From positions 11,145,263 to 11,209,262 of the forward strand of contig NC_134028.1 in NCBI RefSeq assembly GCF_964204645.1: 64,000 nt of DNA, written 5' to 3'. Position 1 is the stretch's first letter. Every line of letters begins with the position of its first letter. The notes beneath the pieces were generated by a model. That model was not told the origin of the DNA. It ran no database searches and saw nothing but the letters and a program-made list of their open reading frames with translations. This document shows, piece by piece, positions 38,312 through 51,399 of this stretch. This stretch comes from Tubulanus polymorphus (Eukaryota > Animalia > Nemertea). The translations under genes were made by a program, and so were the position numbers.

Positions 38312-38463
38312 AGTAATAGGGGTTTAGTTGTTTCATATCAAAGGTTGAAGGGGCGAGTGAGTAAAAAATAAAAAATAAATTCGAGTGTGCGAGAATTTAT
38401 TTTTTATTTTTTACTCACTCGACCGTTCGACCTTTGGTATGAAACAACTAAACCCCTATTACT
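38312..38463. repeat. Polinton terminal hairpin, copy B (right end)
   Basis: AGTAATAGGGGTTTAGTTGTTTCATA...TATGAAACAACTAAACCCCTATTACT with a 10-nt loop. Confidence 0.95.
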
Positions 38464-38499
38464 AGCCACCCTCTGTTATGTGACATCATATGAATTTTA

Positions 38500-39044
38500 G
38501 GCCATCCCATATTAATGGTCTGTTTGCCGTAACCCGACCGACCCGACTTCAAAGGTACTTTTTTCTGGGATTCATTGAAATAAATTTTATTTTTGATAAA
38601 AACGGCCGACCGACCGACACACTGCCGACGTATGAGCTACGCATGTTTGAATTCAAGTGTGCATCGTGTGAAAACATGCCTTGACATGTGGCCTAATTTT
38701 AAGTTTTCCAGGAAACTGGCAGTGTTCCAATAAGCTGCCATTTATTCTCTTAGTGACTATATTAAAGCTGGTAACGTAAAAGCGCGCACATATTCAATGT
38801 ACTGTTTCATTTTTAACACAGAGATGACGCTCTGGACGAAGTTATAATTTTAGAATAATTCTCAAAATCTACGCTATTAGACAAATTTCACGTGCTCAAC
38901 GTAGATGATTTCTGCGATATTGTTCCATGTAAAAAGGTGATAAATTTTTTGCCCAAAAATTTTGCAAAAAAAATTCTACCTACCTACCGACTCATCCTGA
39001 AAGGTTGAGTCGGTGTTACGGCAGACAATTATTTTGGGATGGCC
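38500..39044. mobile_element. PIF/Harbinger-like MITE, second copy
   Basis: tta|GGCCATCCC...GGGATGGCC|tta. Confidence 0.75.
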
Positions 39045-39535
39045 TTATTTGAATATTTTTTTTCATATTGTGAAACATATTTTTTTTTAAAATATAAAAT
39101 AGTTTCCCTGCTGAGACTACCTGTACCCTACAAAATTTTGGACGTGGACCGCGACCAAATGTATATCTTTGGTTTTATTTGACTACAAAATAATTCTTTA
39201 AGAAAGATCAAATACAATATAAACTTGTGGAACTTTGAAGTCACGAATTAAAAAGATTTTTCAAGCAATGCCCTTATACCAAACAACATCTAGCTTTCAA
39301 GCCACACTTTACCCATGGGCAATTTATTAAAAAACGCTTTGAACGAGAAAAATATATAGTTTAGAACTCGTTCCTTAAAAGATGCGAATTCTCCAAACTG
39401 CGTCTCGGTTCCCACGGCACCGTCTTAGTATCGAGACGTGGCGTCACTATCGTCCATTGTTACCAGCTAATGACAGATTTTGCCTCTACTGTCATACTAA
39501 TGAAGTAGCCTAGTTTAGGACGATTCCCACTTTTT

Positions 39536-39905
39536 AGCCTACTTGGGATTTTAGACCCAGCGGGCTATTGCGTTCACTTGTCCATCCGTTCGTTCGTCCG
39601 TCCGTCCGTAGACGGAATCCAGTTATTTTGGGAAGTTTTGAAGACGCTTCAATGTAATGTCTTGATATTTGGGTTACACTTGTATCTACCCTAGACACAT
39701 CTTCAGCCCAAAAACTGGCCCTGTCAGAATCAAGACTGGCAGCCATTGTTGTTCGCCAAAATCAGCACTTTTTACACGTTTTTGAACTTTTTGAGGGAAA
39801 TTTTGAAGACGCTTTGATCAATTACCTTGATCTTTCGTATATATTTGAATCCCCCCCCCCCCCAGGGCCCATCAGCATAACAAAAATTTGGTTGATCGGA
39901 CTCAA
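39536..39905 (+). mobile_element. 5' part of the HINE-like element seen at 738
   Basis: Colinear with 738-1125. Confidence 0.75.
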
Positions 39906-41303
39906 CCTTTCGACCTTTGATCCGAAAATACAATTATACACTTACTCACATTGTATTCAAAACAGAATCAGAAAGATAAAGACATTAAAGAAATAGCTTT
40001 TCTAATAGAAATATATTTCCCAATAATTCAACATAATTCAAATTTATTCTCAAAATGCTTATCACGTGATCAACTGAGCCATTGCAGATGCCAGTAATCG
40101 TAACCGACATAAGCAGGGAAGCAACTGGGAGGATCTCGTATCTCGCTATCGGAATCGGAGCGCAGTCAACATGCGCTGGGCTGCGATCGCTGTTGCTCTC
40201 AGTTGCGTTGGTAGGAGTCAGTAGGCGTTGCGTTGCTTGTAGACATAAGCCAGCCTTCAGGCGATCATATTTGTTTTTAGATGCAAGAATGGCGTATTAG
40301 ATGTGTATTAGATAGATCAGCTTCAAGAATATATTCCAGTCAGGTCGCTTTGTTCATCTGGTCAAAATCTTTTAATGTGTCCTTTTACAAAATCTAACTA
40401 TGGCATCAGCTCTTTCAAAGATTGAGGACCAATGCTTTTGCCGATGGAAGACTGAATTTCTCTACATAGATACTGACTTACTTACAGCCGAAGTGAGCCG
40501 AAAAGATATCCCATCATCCTTAACTGCCAGTTTTTAAATGATTGATTCAATTTTTATTTGAAACCTTATACATATATGCACTAAATATAATTTCCCTGAA
40601 TGCCGGTGCCAAGATGATGTAGCTGGTGTAGCTAGTATTATTAGAAATCATGGCCATATAAAGAAGAGTTTATGTGAACATGTGCAAATTAAACCTGTAT
40701 CTATGAAGTAACTAACCTTTGATGCCGAGGTCGGCAAGTACACGTTAATTTCAATGAATATTTCTACAAACTTTTATACATATCAATAGGGTGACATATA
40801 AGTACCGCCCATAGGTACCTTTATTGAAATGGTGGCTTTCGACCAGGACTAATACTAATGTCATAGAATGTCACTGTTACTAATAATTGTATTTGCCCTC
40901 TCAAAACTTTTAAATCATTATATTACATTAACAAATGAGAAATCTGGTTGTATTAATGCAAGCAACATGACTAAATTATTTTCGACAAAACAATTTTTGA
41001 CTTTCAACAAATTATCAGTAATCATAAATTACTGCTTAATGGCTTAATGAACAACACCTTTGAATGTTATAATATGTTTAATAAGCATCACATTTAAATG
41101 TTATAATATTTGTCCCAAGCAGTTAACATTCTGGTTTGTATTTCATAATACATTCAAATTAAATAACCACATGCAATGAAAAAAGATGGAAAATCATCAT
41201 ACATTTGGAAACAATCCAGGTATAAATATTTGAAAAATTATCAATATCATCAGTCCAAACTTGGACTTCACCTTTCTGCGGCTCTATTTAGATTAAATGT
41301 ATC

Positions 41304-41462
41304 TCAATCTTCAGTGGAAATGTTTTGAAAGAGATACGACATTGACTCATTGTTATGAATACGCCGTATTGCTTCAGACAACATGATACTGATATCGACA
41401 GTCTTTATTTTATGGCACTGCATTTTCTGTACCTCGTGCGGAACTGTGTTGGTAACCACAAC
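41304..41462 (-). CDS. PRPSAP: Phosphoribosyl pyrophosphate synthase-associated protein, last coding exon
   Basis: [52 protein letters not shown]; TAG acceptor; phase 0. Confidence 0.93.
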   Translation of the reverse strand, partial: VVVTNTVPHEVQKMQCHKIKTVDISIMLSEAIRRIHNNESMSYLFQNISTED

Positions 41463-42034
41463 CTATAATTAGATAATATCAAATTCACTTACTGAACAAA
41501 TCTATATGGATGAAATTAAAAGAAATGCAAAGCAGTGCAGCAAAAACAGGTAGTGATGCACAGTCATGTCCAATGTACCACCTCTCCATAAACCGCTATA
41601 CACGTTTAGCAAGGAGTTTTTTATCTGGAACAGCGGATTGTGTTTTTATGTTTAAATATTGAAATCAATATTTTGCCAGCTCATTTGTAGCTAAGAAAAT
41701 ATATTTGTAGATTTTTCCTATGTCCATTAATGGATCTAACCCTTAGTCTTTGTCACTTTTACCCGGATACAGTTTTGGCAGCTCAAGTAGGCCGTCTTGT
41801 TTATTGAGTATTTTGTATGCCCAGCGAACTGGCACTATTTTTGAATAAGTGATGTAATAGCAATATAAACAACTCTCAACTCGCCTGCCCTCGCAACTAG
41901 TTTAGCTCTCATCAGGTAATTAGTGTCTTAATAGGTCATTAAGATTTGGATGAACCAATCGCTAGAAGTTTTGGTCACTAATTTCTTGATGGGAGTGTCT
42001 TAATCAACTTGGTTTTTGGCAGCACAGATTTGAT

Positions 42035-42510
42035 CACTCTGTGCCTGCTATCCAACTGATAAAGACGTAAAATAAACTGGTATTAACACATAAATTCAAT
42101 CGTTTGAATTTTCAGGTGAGTTACCTCAATTTTTCATAGTTAAATCTTTACATATGTTTTGGCATAAATGTGTACCTAGGCTTAGCTGAGATATCAGACC
42201 TTTATGTATTACGTAAATTAGGTACTGAGAGTCAATTTTTATAGATTAGGTATTTAATCTAAAATGACAGCTAATGATTATTTGTTTGTAGAAATAGGCC
42301 TTTGTATTAAGTATGTAGTAAAAGAAAAGTCATTTTAGGACAATCTCAGTTACGAGCTGATGAAGTATGAGTAATCAAGTAGTATAATATTCGATTCTAT
42401 TCTGTGTATACTGTAACTAATTATCATAATACTCTGTGCCTGCTATCCAACTGATTAAGACGTAAGATAAACTGGTATTAACACATAAATTCAATCGTTT
42501 GAATTTTCAG
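42035..42510. repeat. Pair of ~80-bp direct repeats (42035-42114 and 42431-42510)
   Basis: ACTCTGTGCCTGCTATCC...TGAATTTTCAG occurs twice. Confidence 0.8.
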
Positions 42511-45500
42511 TTTTGTGAAATTTGCAACGCGTAAAAAGTCCGTTGCTAAACACGCTTTCAAACAATAGTTATTTCAAAAGAAATTGCATTCGAAATGTAT
42601 TGAGCAAGAGGCCCATTGACCACGAGGTATTGGTAGATTATACTATGTAAGGTGGTTTATGTTTTCCCTCTGCATGTAAATGTACAGACAGTGCGTTTTG
42701 CAGGACCACAGACCTTACGTTAATTTGTTGCAACATACAACTTTCATTCATGTTAAAATGAATAAGTTGGTGGGATAACTGTCAAGTTTCGATAACATCG
42801 CATGATAAACTTTTGAAGCGATAACAAAGTTGAAGCATCGTTTTGCAATTACTTAATGCAGATCTTGGGGCCAATTAATAACATCATCCATCATAACATA
42901 TTGAATTTTTCACAGACTGCAATTTACATTAAAGGGTAACTGACACTTTTTTTTTCAAAATATGATGTATTCTATTGATCTATACACTCATCTTCAACCG
43001 TTCTGTCCCAAAATGTTTAGTTTACGCGCAATTTGAGATTTTGTAACAAGATTTTTGACCTCATTTCGTTGTTTACATCGCTTACTGTTCAGCGCCGGCT
43101 AAATCAGCAGGTGCGTGCTGCAACGTCATTACAGGCAGAGCTGAGAAATAGCGTCTATAGAAATGCGTTGAATATTGAGCAAACTGCGTGTATTTTCTGT
43201 TATATCTCAATGCCAGATTGTTTTACAGCTTTGAAACTGGCTAGGGAGGTAAAAGGATCTATTGTCTATTGCATAAACCTATTTCAAAGAATCAATGAGT
43301 AATTTGAATAGGCTAAATCGATCAAATTGAAGATGCAGATCTCAATCCGCTGCTATGAAGCTATTAAAGTAGACTATGCTAAGTTCTCAGCACTGTTACT
43401 GCTGCTCCATAGTTCACCTATAGTTCAGCACCACAAGCATACTACACAGTGTCTTATGCGATCACAGATTTCGATCTCGCTAAAGAATAAATAGATTCAT
43501 ATTCGTTTACTATTTACTATTTTTCATAGTCATTTAAGAATTAAGTAGTTTGAAAACTAACATTTCAAAAATCTACAAAAACTTTCATAAATTTCTACAG
43601 CCTTTACAACAAATATTCAAAGGATTAACGTTTTTCGATTAAAGTTTCACGCTGCAGAAGAATTTTGATAGATTACATCACAAATCTTTCACAAACATTA
43701 TTTCTTAATTTTAAAATAGGATGGATGAGGAAATATTCTAATTTTGTGACCAAAGCCGCTACCAATACGAGGTATATTTCAAGAAGAGAATTGAAATTGT
43801 TCTTGCGGCTAATTCTGTCTAAGTTTCATCAGTTCATAAGTCAAAATATTCTTAGATCTAACCATAATCTTACTTTCCTTCACTAAATGATAATACAAAA
43901 CGATGATTTAAACATCCGTGTTCCTTGCTGTCTACTAGAAAATGCCATGGACGGCTATTCAAATCCTATTCTTGCGCTTTGTTTGAACGGATATGGTCCG
44001 TTCAACAGCTAATTATAAGCATAAATATGTAGACTTTCAAAATCAAGAGGCATTTTGTCTCAATTCGAATGCCAAATAGGTATAAAATTAAGTTGAATTG
44101 CTCTTGTAGCTTATTTCCTATTCATTTCTATAGACATCATTTCCGAGCCGTTACTTTAGTGACGTAGTTCTATTAATAGGCACAGTACCACGCGTTCAGC
44201 AGAAGCAATGTATACACTGAACAGGTGCGCGAACATCAAAATCATCAATTCTGACTAGATTGAAAAGATTTTTCCAATTATGAAATCACCTAGCCTTACT
44301 ATATACTATAATATATCGTTTAGTGTAAAAAGTAGAAAATCTTTAAAAAAGTGTCTCTTCGTAAAAATGTAATTCTTTATATATTTCAATTATAGCTACG
44401 TAACCGGATAGAAACAACATCACTGCCGTTTAAGAGTGGTTTCGTAGAGCGCTGAAGGCCCTGCGACCCCTTAAATTTGTCTAATGCCCTGTTCAAAAAG
44501 TGTGTCGTCAAAAATACTGTCCACTGCACCACCCACTCGCAGACAGCCTTGCTGATGTCTCCCTGAATTCCCTGTGGTAGTGTTGTCATAAAACATGGCA
44601 TCTCTGCACTAGCCGGCATTCGGAAGAATTTGTTCAAACCTATACAAAAGAAGCCCAGATGCCTAGTTTATAAAACAGTTGAATTTTCTGGATTTCAATA
44701 AGAGCCTATATACATTTCTGGAAAAGGTCACATTCATCGCCAAAAATAGTTTTAAAAAATCCTAAAGGGCAGAAAACAATTTCAACAAGAAACAAAATTC
44801 TTAATATGGACTTTCCTAAACTTACATGAGTGTATACTTAATCAACATCAAAATTAAACATTGGTACTCTCGGGATAGAGAATATAAGCAGAACAAATGA
44901 AAAATAGTGAAAACTGTTGGATTGAATTCAAATGATGGGAGAAGACTGACTTTTTACAGATAATTAGATCGAAAATAAGGACGCTAGAAATATCAAGAAA
45001 AAAAAAACGTCTTTTTCAAATTATGAATGGAAACGCATAGGCCTACCTATCTTCGGCATGGAGTTTTGGCAGAATTTCAGAGAATCCATGCTTCAAGTAA
45101 TCAAAAAAGCCTAAGATGTCCCCCTTGATTGAATTCAGAAGTTTTCATGAAAATCTGTCTATTGCTACGATTTCCATCACACACAGCTGCATGATGATTC
45201 ATCATGCATGGTAGTGGGTTTTCCCCACTGACTCAAATAAACTCTCCACGTTCATGGTGTGACGATTTCTATACACTGTGTACGAAGTTTGATAGACAAT
45301 TTATTTTCGTAAATTGAACAATGTCTAAGTTCCCAATTTTACTGCCCTTCTATAAAATTCACTGCTTTTCACGGCCAGCCGCAACGAACCCTGGCAGTTG
45401 AATCATTTGCAGGCACGAGGTGCGCTTTTCATATACATGCACGGATCAATACATCACATAGCAGCGAGTCTGTCACGAGCACGTGTGTGAAGCATGAATA

Positions 45501-46222
45501 TATGTAAAAGGGCATGCGTTCTTCCGAAACGAAATGTAGTTCCAACAACAAATAAATATCTAAATTGATAAATAAGCAATCGATTCCGATGAAATTCAAT
45601 CGAGTTAGAGCTTTTATAACTGCATTGAATGTTTTAAAAGTTCCGAAGAGAAACTGAGCCTAGTTTGGAAGTTATTTTGTACAAAAGGAAGAAAGTTTCA
45701 TATGCGATAAAATGGACTTCGCTAAAGCGAAAGTCCATAAAAATTCAGATAATTCTTTGAGTTGCTAAAAGCATGTTCATACTGCAAAAAAAACATCGTA
45801 ATTATTACAACTGCACATGTTTTAGTTGCTTCTTGAATTATCATGGTGGTTCATTGTTAGTGTCAGGAATCTGTCCTCCTCAAATGGCCTGCACTTACGA
45901 AACACTTATGATATTTTAGGACCTGTCTTCTATATACCTTGCCTTTAGCCTCATTTGCAATAAATATGCCCGTTTGAATAAGCGCTACGCCGAGATTTGG
46001 GACTGGATCCGTCCCTGATTACTTATACTCAGTAAGTGTGACTTTATTTTAAGATTTTGACTATTGTCCCAAAAAATCCAAAGTTTTACTATGTACAGAG
46101 GTTAATCATTTTGAATCATTTTCGAAAATAGTGTTGTATCATTAACTCAATCTAATGCTTTTGTTGCAACAATGAAACAGACTGAGACCATACTTCCTTG
46201 TGACTTTGTTTCTCCATTCTAA

Positions 46223-46254
46223 CATGGACGTATAAAATAGTTTATACGTCCATG
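46223..46254. repeat. 32-bp palindrome, putative P-superfamily excision footprint
   Basis: CATGGACGTATAAAATAGTTTATACGTCCATG flanked by ATTCTAA/GTTCTAA. Confidence 0.6.
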
Positions 46255-47984
46255 GTTCTAATGAGCTTAAAAGTTGATCTAGTCGGCCACCTATCTACCC
46301 TGTACATTATTATTTTTAAAATCATGATCAAGCTAACAATAACAGACCCGGCAGCAAAAGAAATGAAGTGATTACAAATGTAACCAGCCGTTACTATATT
46401 TTATAATTAATGATTAATCTTGAATACGCAGTTAGAGTTAAAGTTTGACATGAAATCAAAAGGTACAGCGGCTGATGCCTTATCTGTATCCCGTACGATA
46501 CTGCCACCTTGCAAAATTCCTGTGCTAGCGCCAACAACTATTTCCGTACAGCGCTGCCACCTAACACTTTAATACTTCCAATACATGTAGGGTCAATATT
46601 CATTCCTTCAGTAGTTACTAATTCAATAGTTATGCACAGTGCAATATTCTATCTTTGTGAAATAAAAGATTATTAGAATATTAAGATGTTTTTTCTTTCA
46701 ATAAGTTCTTTCAATAATTAATAGTAATCTCTTCATCAATTATCTAATTTCAATCACATGTCATTACGAATTGTGACCCAACTCTAATGATTTCATTTTT
46801 AATGTTTAATTTTTACAAATATTGTTGACAATATTATTATTGACTTGATATACATTTAAATGTTTAATTCAAGAAACCAAACAACATTGACTCTCCTATA
46901 GAATTAGTTTTCAATGTTCATGGAATAAATAATTAACCAGGTATTGTTTTTGTTTTCAAGATAGGCACTTGCTGTGGTGAGAGCTAGACTTGCCGAGGAT
47001 TGTTTCCGCCATCCACAGAAAGTCTGAAAGTAACTAGGTTCGATGATCCAGTTATTTAATTTTACTGATTAAAGACAAATAAGTGAAATTTTTTTCAATA
47101 AGGCCGTTCCCAGGTTGTCATTTATATACTTAAGTATCAGTTTGAAAGTAGACCTCAAAAAGTAGGAATTAGAGGGTATCTGACCTTTAAATCCCGGTAA
47201 TTAGATTGTTTGTGAAACGATGATTTTTAGTGTTTCATCTCGTATCCGACTTGTTAAAGATTGCAATCGGAGATCAAAATTTTCAAATTTTATCGAACTG
47301 TGGATATCTAAGTAATTCAAAGATCAATATCAGGTGTGAATAGAACATTCAACAGCATGTGATTAGTTTTATATTAGTGATCTGCAATGTCGCAGAGGAT
47401 ATTTCTTGGGTGTAGACTTGACACCCAGCATATTTTTCACCTGATCGCTATAATTTGGATTGAACACTTTAAGAGATTCAAGTGTTTCTGAACGTGTTAT
47501 TTGTTAGATATACATAGTTATCAGATCAGTTATTTTCCATATTAAAATGGTTGTTTCAAATTCAGTGCAACTGGAGATCGATGCATAATGACATTTTTTT
47601 TTAAATTATTTAAGTGGATCATTTTGAAACTGACAGTGTGGTGTACTTGGATTTTTTCTACAAGTTGTTTGCACTGGACTTTCGGTGTATGTGTGGACTG
47701 CTGGAATGGTTATCATAACGCATATGATTGGAGCTGTATTTTCAGTGTGTGAATTTGTTCATTTCTATTACAAGAGCCCCAAGGGGCACTAGCTTATCAT
47801 AAAATGTGGGTTATATTTGTCAAAGTACACTCCCAGCTTAGAGTCAATACCTATAATTTACGCAATACAATCGTGTTTTGGTAAGTAGCACAAACAGCGA
47901 CTGGAGCTGGCAGGAACAAATACCTTTGATAAATCTTAAGTCTTGGTCTTATCAATTTGAATGCGGAATAAAATTGAATTTTCA

Positions 47985-48420
47985 GAATTTGCTTTATAAA
48001 ACAAAATTGAATTGGATTTGATGTGTAATTTGTGCAATAAAGAAAAATTGAATTGGAATTTTGCAGAATAAAATTTGATTTAATTTGCACTTGATCACAT
48101 GGCTAATTAGCATATCAAGGTCATCCATCCGATTTAAGAAAAAGCAATTTTCCTGGACTTCGCATAAATGTCAATAATATTTTCAAAGTCAACTAAAGAT
48201 TTCACAGAAATCGATCTTGAAATGCTGTTTTAGATCTTAAGATAAAACCCTGAAGTAAAACGGTAGACAATACTGCGGGTTCATATGGACACCTGCTGAT
48301 CTCTGCGGCTAAGTCAATCATAGAGGAGAAAAAAAGCTCATATGAATTTTAACGAGGCCCTTTTTCAAAATTCAGCTTCATAGGGGTTGGAGAATGGATA
48401 ATGCTCTAATGAATGATTAG
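47985..48420 (+). repeat. Interspersed repeat, second copy at ~55520-55980
   Basis: Shared ATTAGCATATCAAGGTCATCCATCCGATTT and AACGAGGCCCTTTTTCAAAATTCAGC. Confidence 0.75.
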
Positions 48421-49510
48421 TATGAATATATGCTCAGTTGCACAGTCAAAGAGCCTTTGCTCTGGGAACCATGTCATTTAAATTTGCTCCATTTGTATAG
48501 TAATAGGCTCAGCCTATGGCTGGCCTAATAAAACTGACTGTGTAAGTCCTGCGTTCAATGGAATAAATTTCGAGTGATTATCATCAGCTGCTAGGAAGAG
48601 ATTCCCCTAATCCGGTTTATTTTTAGTCATCAAGAAGGTGCATCAGAAGAAAACCCGTTATTGCTAACGTGCAGCTTTATTTTCAATCGTTTTTTAGATA
48701 ATGCATCACTGCTTGACCCCTTCTCACCTGCCACATAAGTTTCTACCAAAAGCCATTAGAAATTAACAAGAGCCCATGGGGCACTATGGCGAGCCTATCA
48801 CATTCGCTTTTCCTAAATGATGCTGGGTGTTATTTGCCAAATTCTCTCAATACCATTACACAGTACAATCGAGTTTTTAAAGTAACATTGCTAACACAGA
48901 CAGGGAGATGGCAGGAATGAATACCCCGTACCTCAGATCAATCTTTTTCATTTGTCTAATAAATTTGAGTGCGGAATAGAATAAAATTCGATGTTACAGA
49001 ATCACAGAAGAACTTTGCTTTCTGATTGGCTATATACAACTGATATTTTGCATTCAAGATTTTTGCAACAAATTTCCTGTAAATTTCAATGAGGCCTTTT
49101 ACAAAATTTGGCTTCCTAGGAATAAGAGAAAGGATAACGCTTGAATTCGTGATAATGTATAAATATATTTCCAGTTGCACAGTGAAAAAGCCTTTGATCT
49201 ATGTCATTTAAACTTTGTATAGTAATGGCTGGCTTAAAAATCGGTCAAATTAAATCATCCGTTATGAAGCAGAGAACATCAAGAACATATCGGACCCAAG
49301 TTTTAGAAGGGATATTAGTCTACACAGGTTAAAATCTCTGTAATTCCATAATCTCTGTAATTCACGTTACCTTACTATTCATAGATCAATAACAGTTTCA
49401 ACTAAGTATATCATATCACAACTGATACAAGGAATTTTGTATACTCCACAATGACGGTTTGCACTGTGTGTAGCAAACTTAGCTCTACCCAAACAATACC
49501 ACATACTAAC

Positions 49511-49657
49511 CTCATCAATACACGATTCTTCGATAAGTCTTGGAGCATCCATAGACAACAATCCATGAGTAGCCATAACAAAGATCTTATAAGCTCCTCT
49601 TTCTTTTAAAACTTCGGCCGCAGCCACAAATGCTTCCACATCATCAATCAAATCATC
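49511..49657 (-). CDS. PRPSAP: PRPSAP internal exon
   Basis: [49 protein letters not shown]; 147 nt; AG/GT boundaries. Confidence 0.95.
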
Positions 49658-51018
49658 CTAAAATGAAAAAAACAATAATTTATAGTTACAAATATATAGT
49701 AGGGTAGGTTCCAGTACGGAATTTTTTTTTGCAGTGAAAAATGAGGACTTCAGATGAAGTTTTGAAGTAACAGTGGAACTATCTAAAGTATGATAACTTA
49801 TATTGATGTACAGTGTATATATAGGTTACTCAGTGACATGAAGTTGAAGGCATTGTCAATAAACCACTTTCACAAACTATTACAAACTCACAAACCAAAC
49901 CATTTGTTGCCAATACATTTATTACTCGATTTTTGAACTACACACATGCACTAATAAACATTAGTGAACATTAATGAACATTAAACTAAATGATTGATTG
50001 AAAATTTCAAAACAGCCACGAACCAACACCAACCATACTTTAGAAGAATGTGAAATGAACAAAAAATATAGCTGCAACGCAGCGATAACAGATTTTCTGA
50101 GCTGCAACTGCACTCGTACTATCGTATAACATTGGCTGCACATTATTTTGTCGCACAATCTGGAGAGACACCATATTGAATCCATCAAATAACACAGGCT
50201 TAATTTGTGGTACTGCGAAAATGATAGAAACAGGAAATACTTGTTACGTAATTCAGAACATCAATGGCAATTCAATTATCATGTCAAATTCCTTCCAAAT
50301 TCTCAATTCCTGACTCAAATTATATCCTAGAAAATTGAGTTTTTTTGCACTAAATTCATGTTTGATACTATGTCAAATAATCAAACGTTTAATGTTTATC
50401 AATATTTTTTTATTTGATAATTATTTATATTTAATTTCTTTATTGTACAAAAGCAAAAATGTTTTTAGTCATTATGGAGCTATAAAGGTATTTTGAATTT
50501 GAACTGTCTTAGATCATCCTCGCTTGCCTGGTTTTGATTGCGTCCTGCCGAAGCTCACGCCTAAACAAAGCCTGGCCGCAGACCCTTCATTACTCTATCA
50601 TTACACTTCCTAAGATTTCTTTGTGGACAGTTTGCCGCTCAGCAGCCACAAGTCTATGTATTAAGCCCATCAGATGTTATTCACCGGCAGGTTCGCTCTA
50701 TCAATACCAAGCATCTAATGGTATTGCTGACAAAGGTAAACCAAAAAACCTGGATAACACTTGAATGCATGATTTATATGAATATGTGGTCAGTTGTACA
50801 GTGAAAAAGCCTTGGAAACCATGTCATTTAAATTCGCTCAATTTGATAGAAATAAAAGGTTCAGCCTACAGCTGGCCTAAAAATGTAACGATACAGAGCA
50901 AATGTACAGGTTGGCATGTATGCCCAATATTTATAAGAAAATCAAAAACTATATATATGTAGATAAGGAACCTTGGCCATTATCATAGCTGAGAGGTAAA
51001 ATATCATTTGATACTTAC

Positions 51019-51089
51019 AACAACAATAGCTATTCTTCCACCAACGTCTCCAACCACATTAATTGGTGGTTTTTCTTTCGCTTGCAGAA
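51019..51089 (-). CDS. PRPSAP: PRPSAP internal exon
   Basis: LQAKEKPPINVVGDVGGRIAIVV; TTTTCAG acceptor and GTAAGT donor; further upstream exons not found in the window. Confidence 0.93.
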
Positions 51090-51399
51090 CTGAAAAATAT
51101 TGTACTAAAAGCTATAGCTGTTGGTATTTTTAGGTAATTATCCCACAGTATAATACATAAGATGGTAATGGATAATTGATAACAATATAACTATTCAAGA
51201 TTAAACCTACGAAGAAATGGGATTTGTCTATTTACCCCCAGAATGGCCTATCAAGCATTCCCAGCATTTTGGTATAGTTTCATGATTTACACACAATATC
51301 TAATATGATATCAAATAATTATCATCATAAATATTCAGGATATTTAGGAAGACACCAGGAGGCAAGGTTAACTACAATCAATGTCCCTCTGTCCATAGT

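Noticed and set aside
42933-44360. Kolobok-like non-autonomous element (TTAA|AGGGTAACTGACAC...)
   Set aside because: Right end matches only AAAAAAGTGTC with no second TTAA; insufficient support
49379-49651. Stand-alone 90-aa ORF or catalytic PRPS
   Set aside because: It is one exon read into its intron; the [11 protein letters not shown] loop lacks the DT(C/G)GT PRPP motif, indicating PRPSAP
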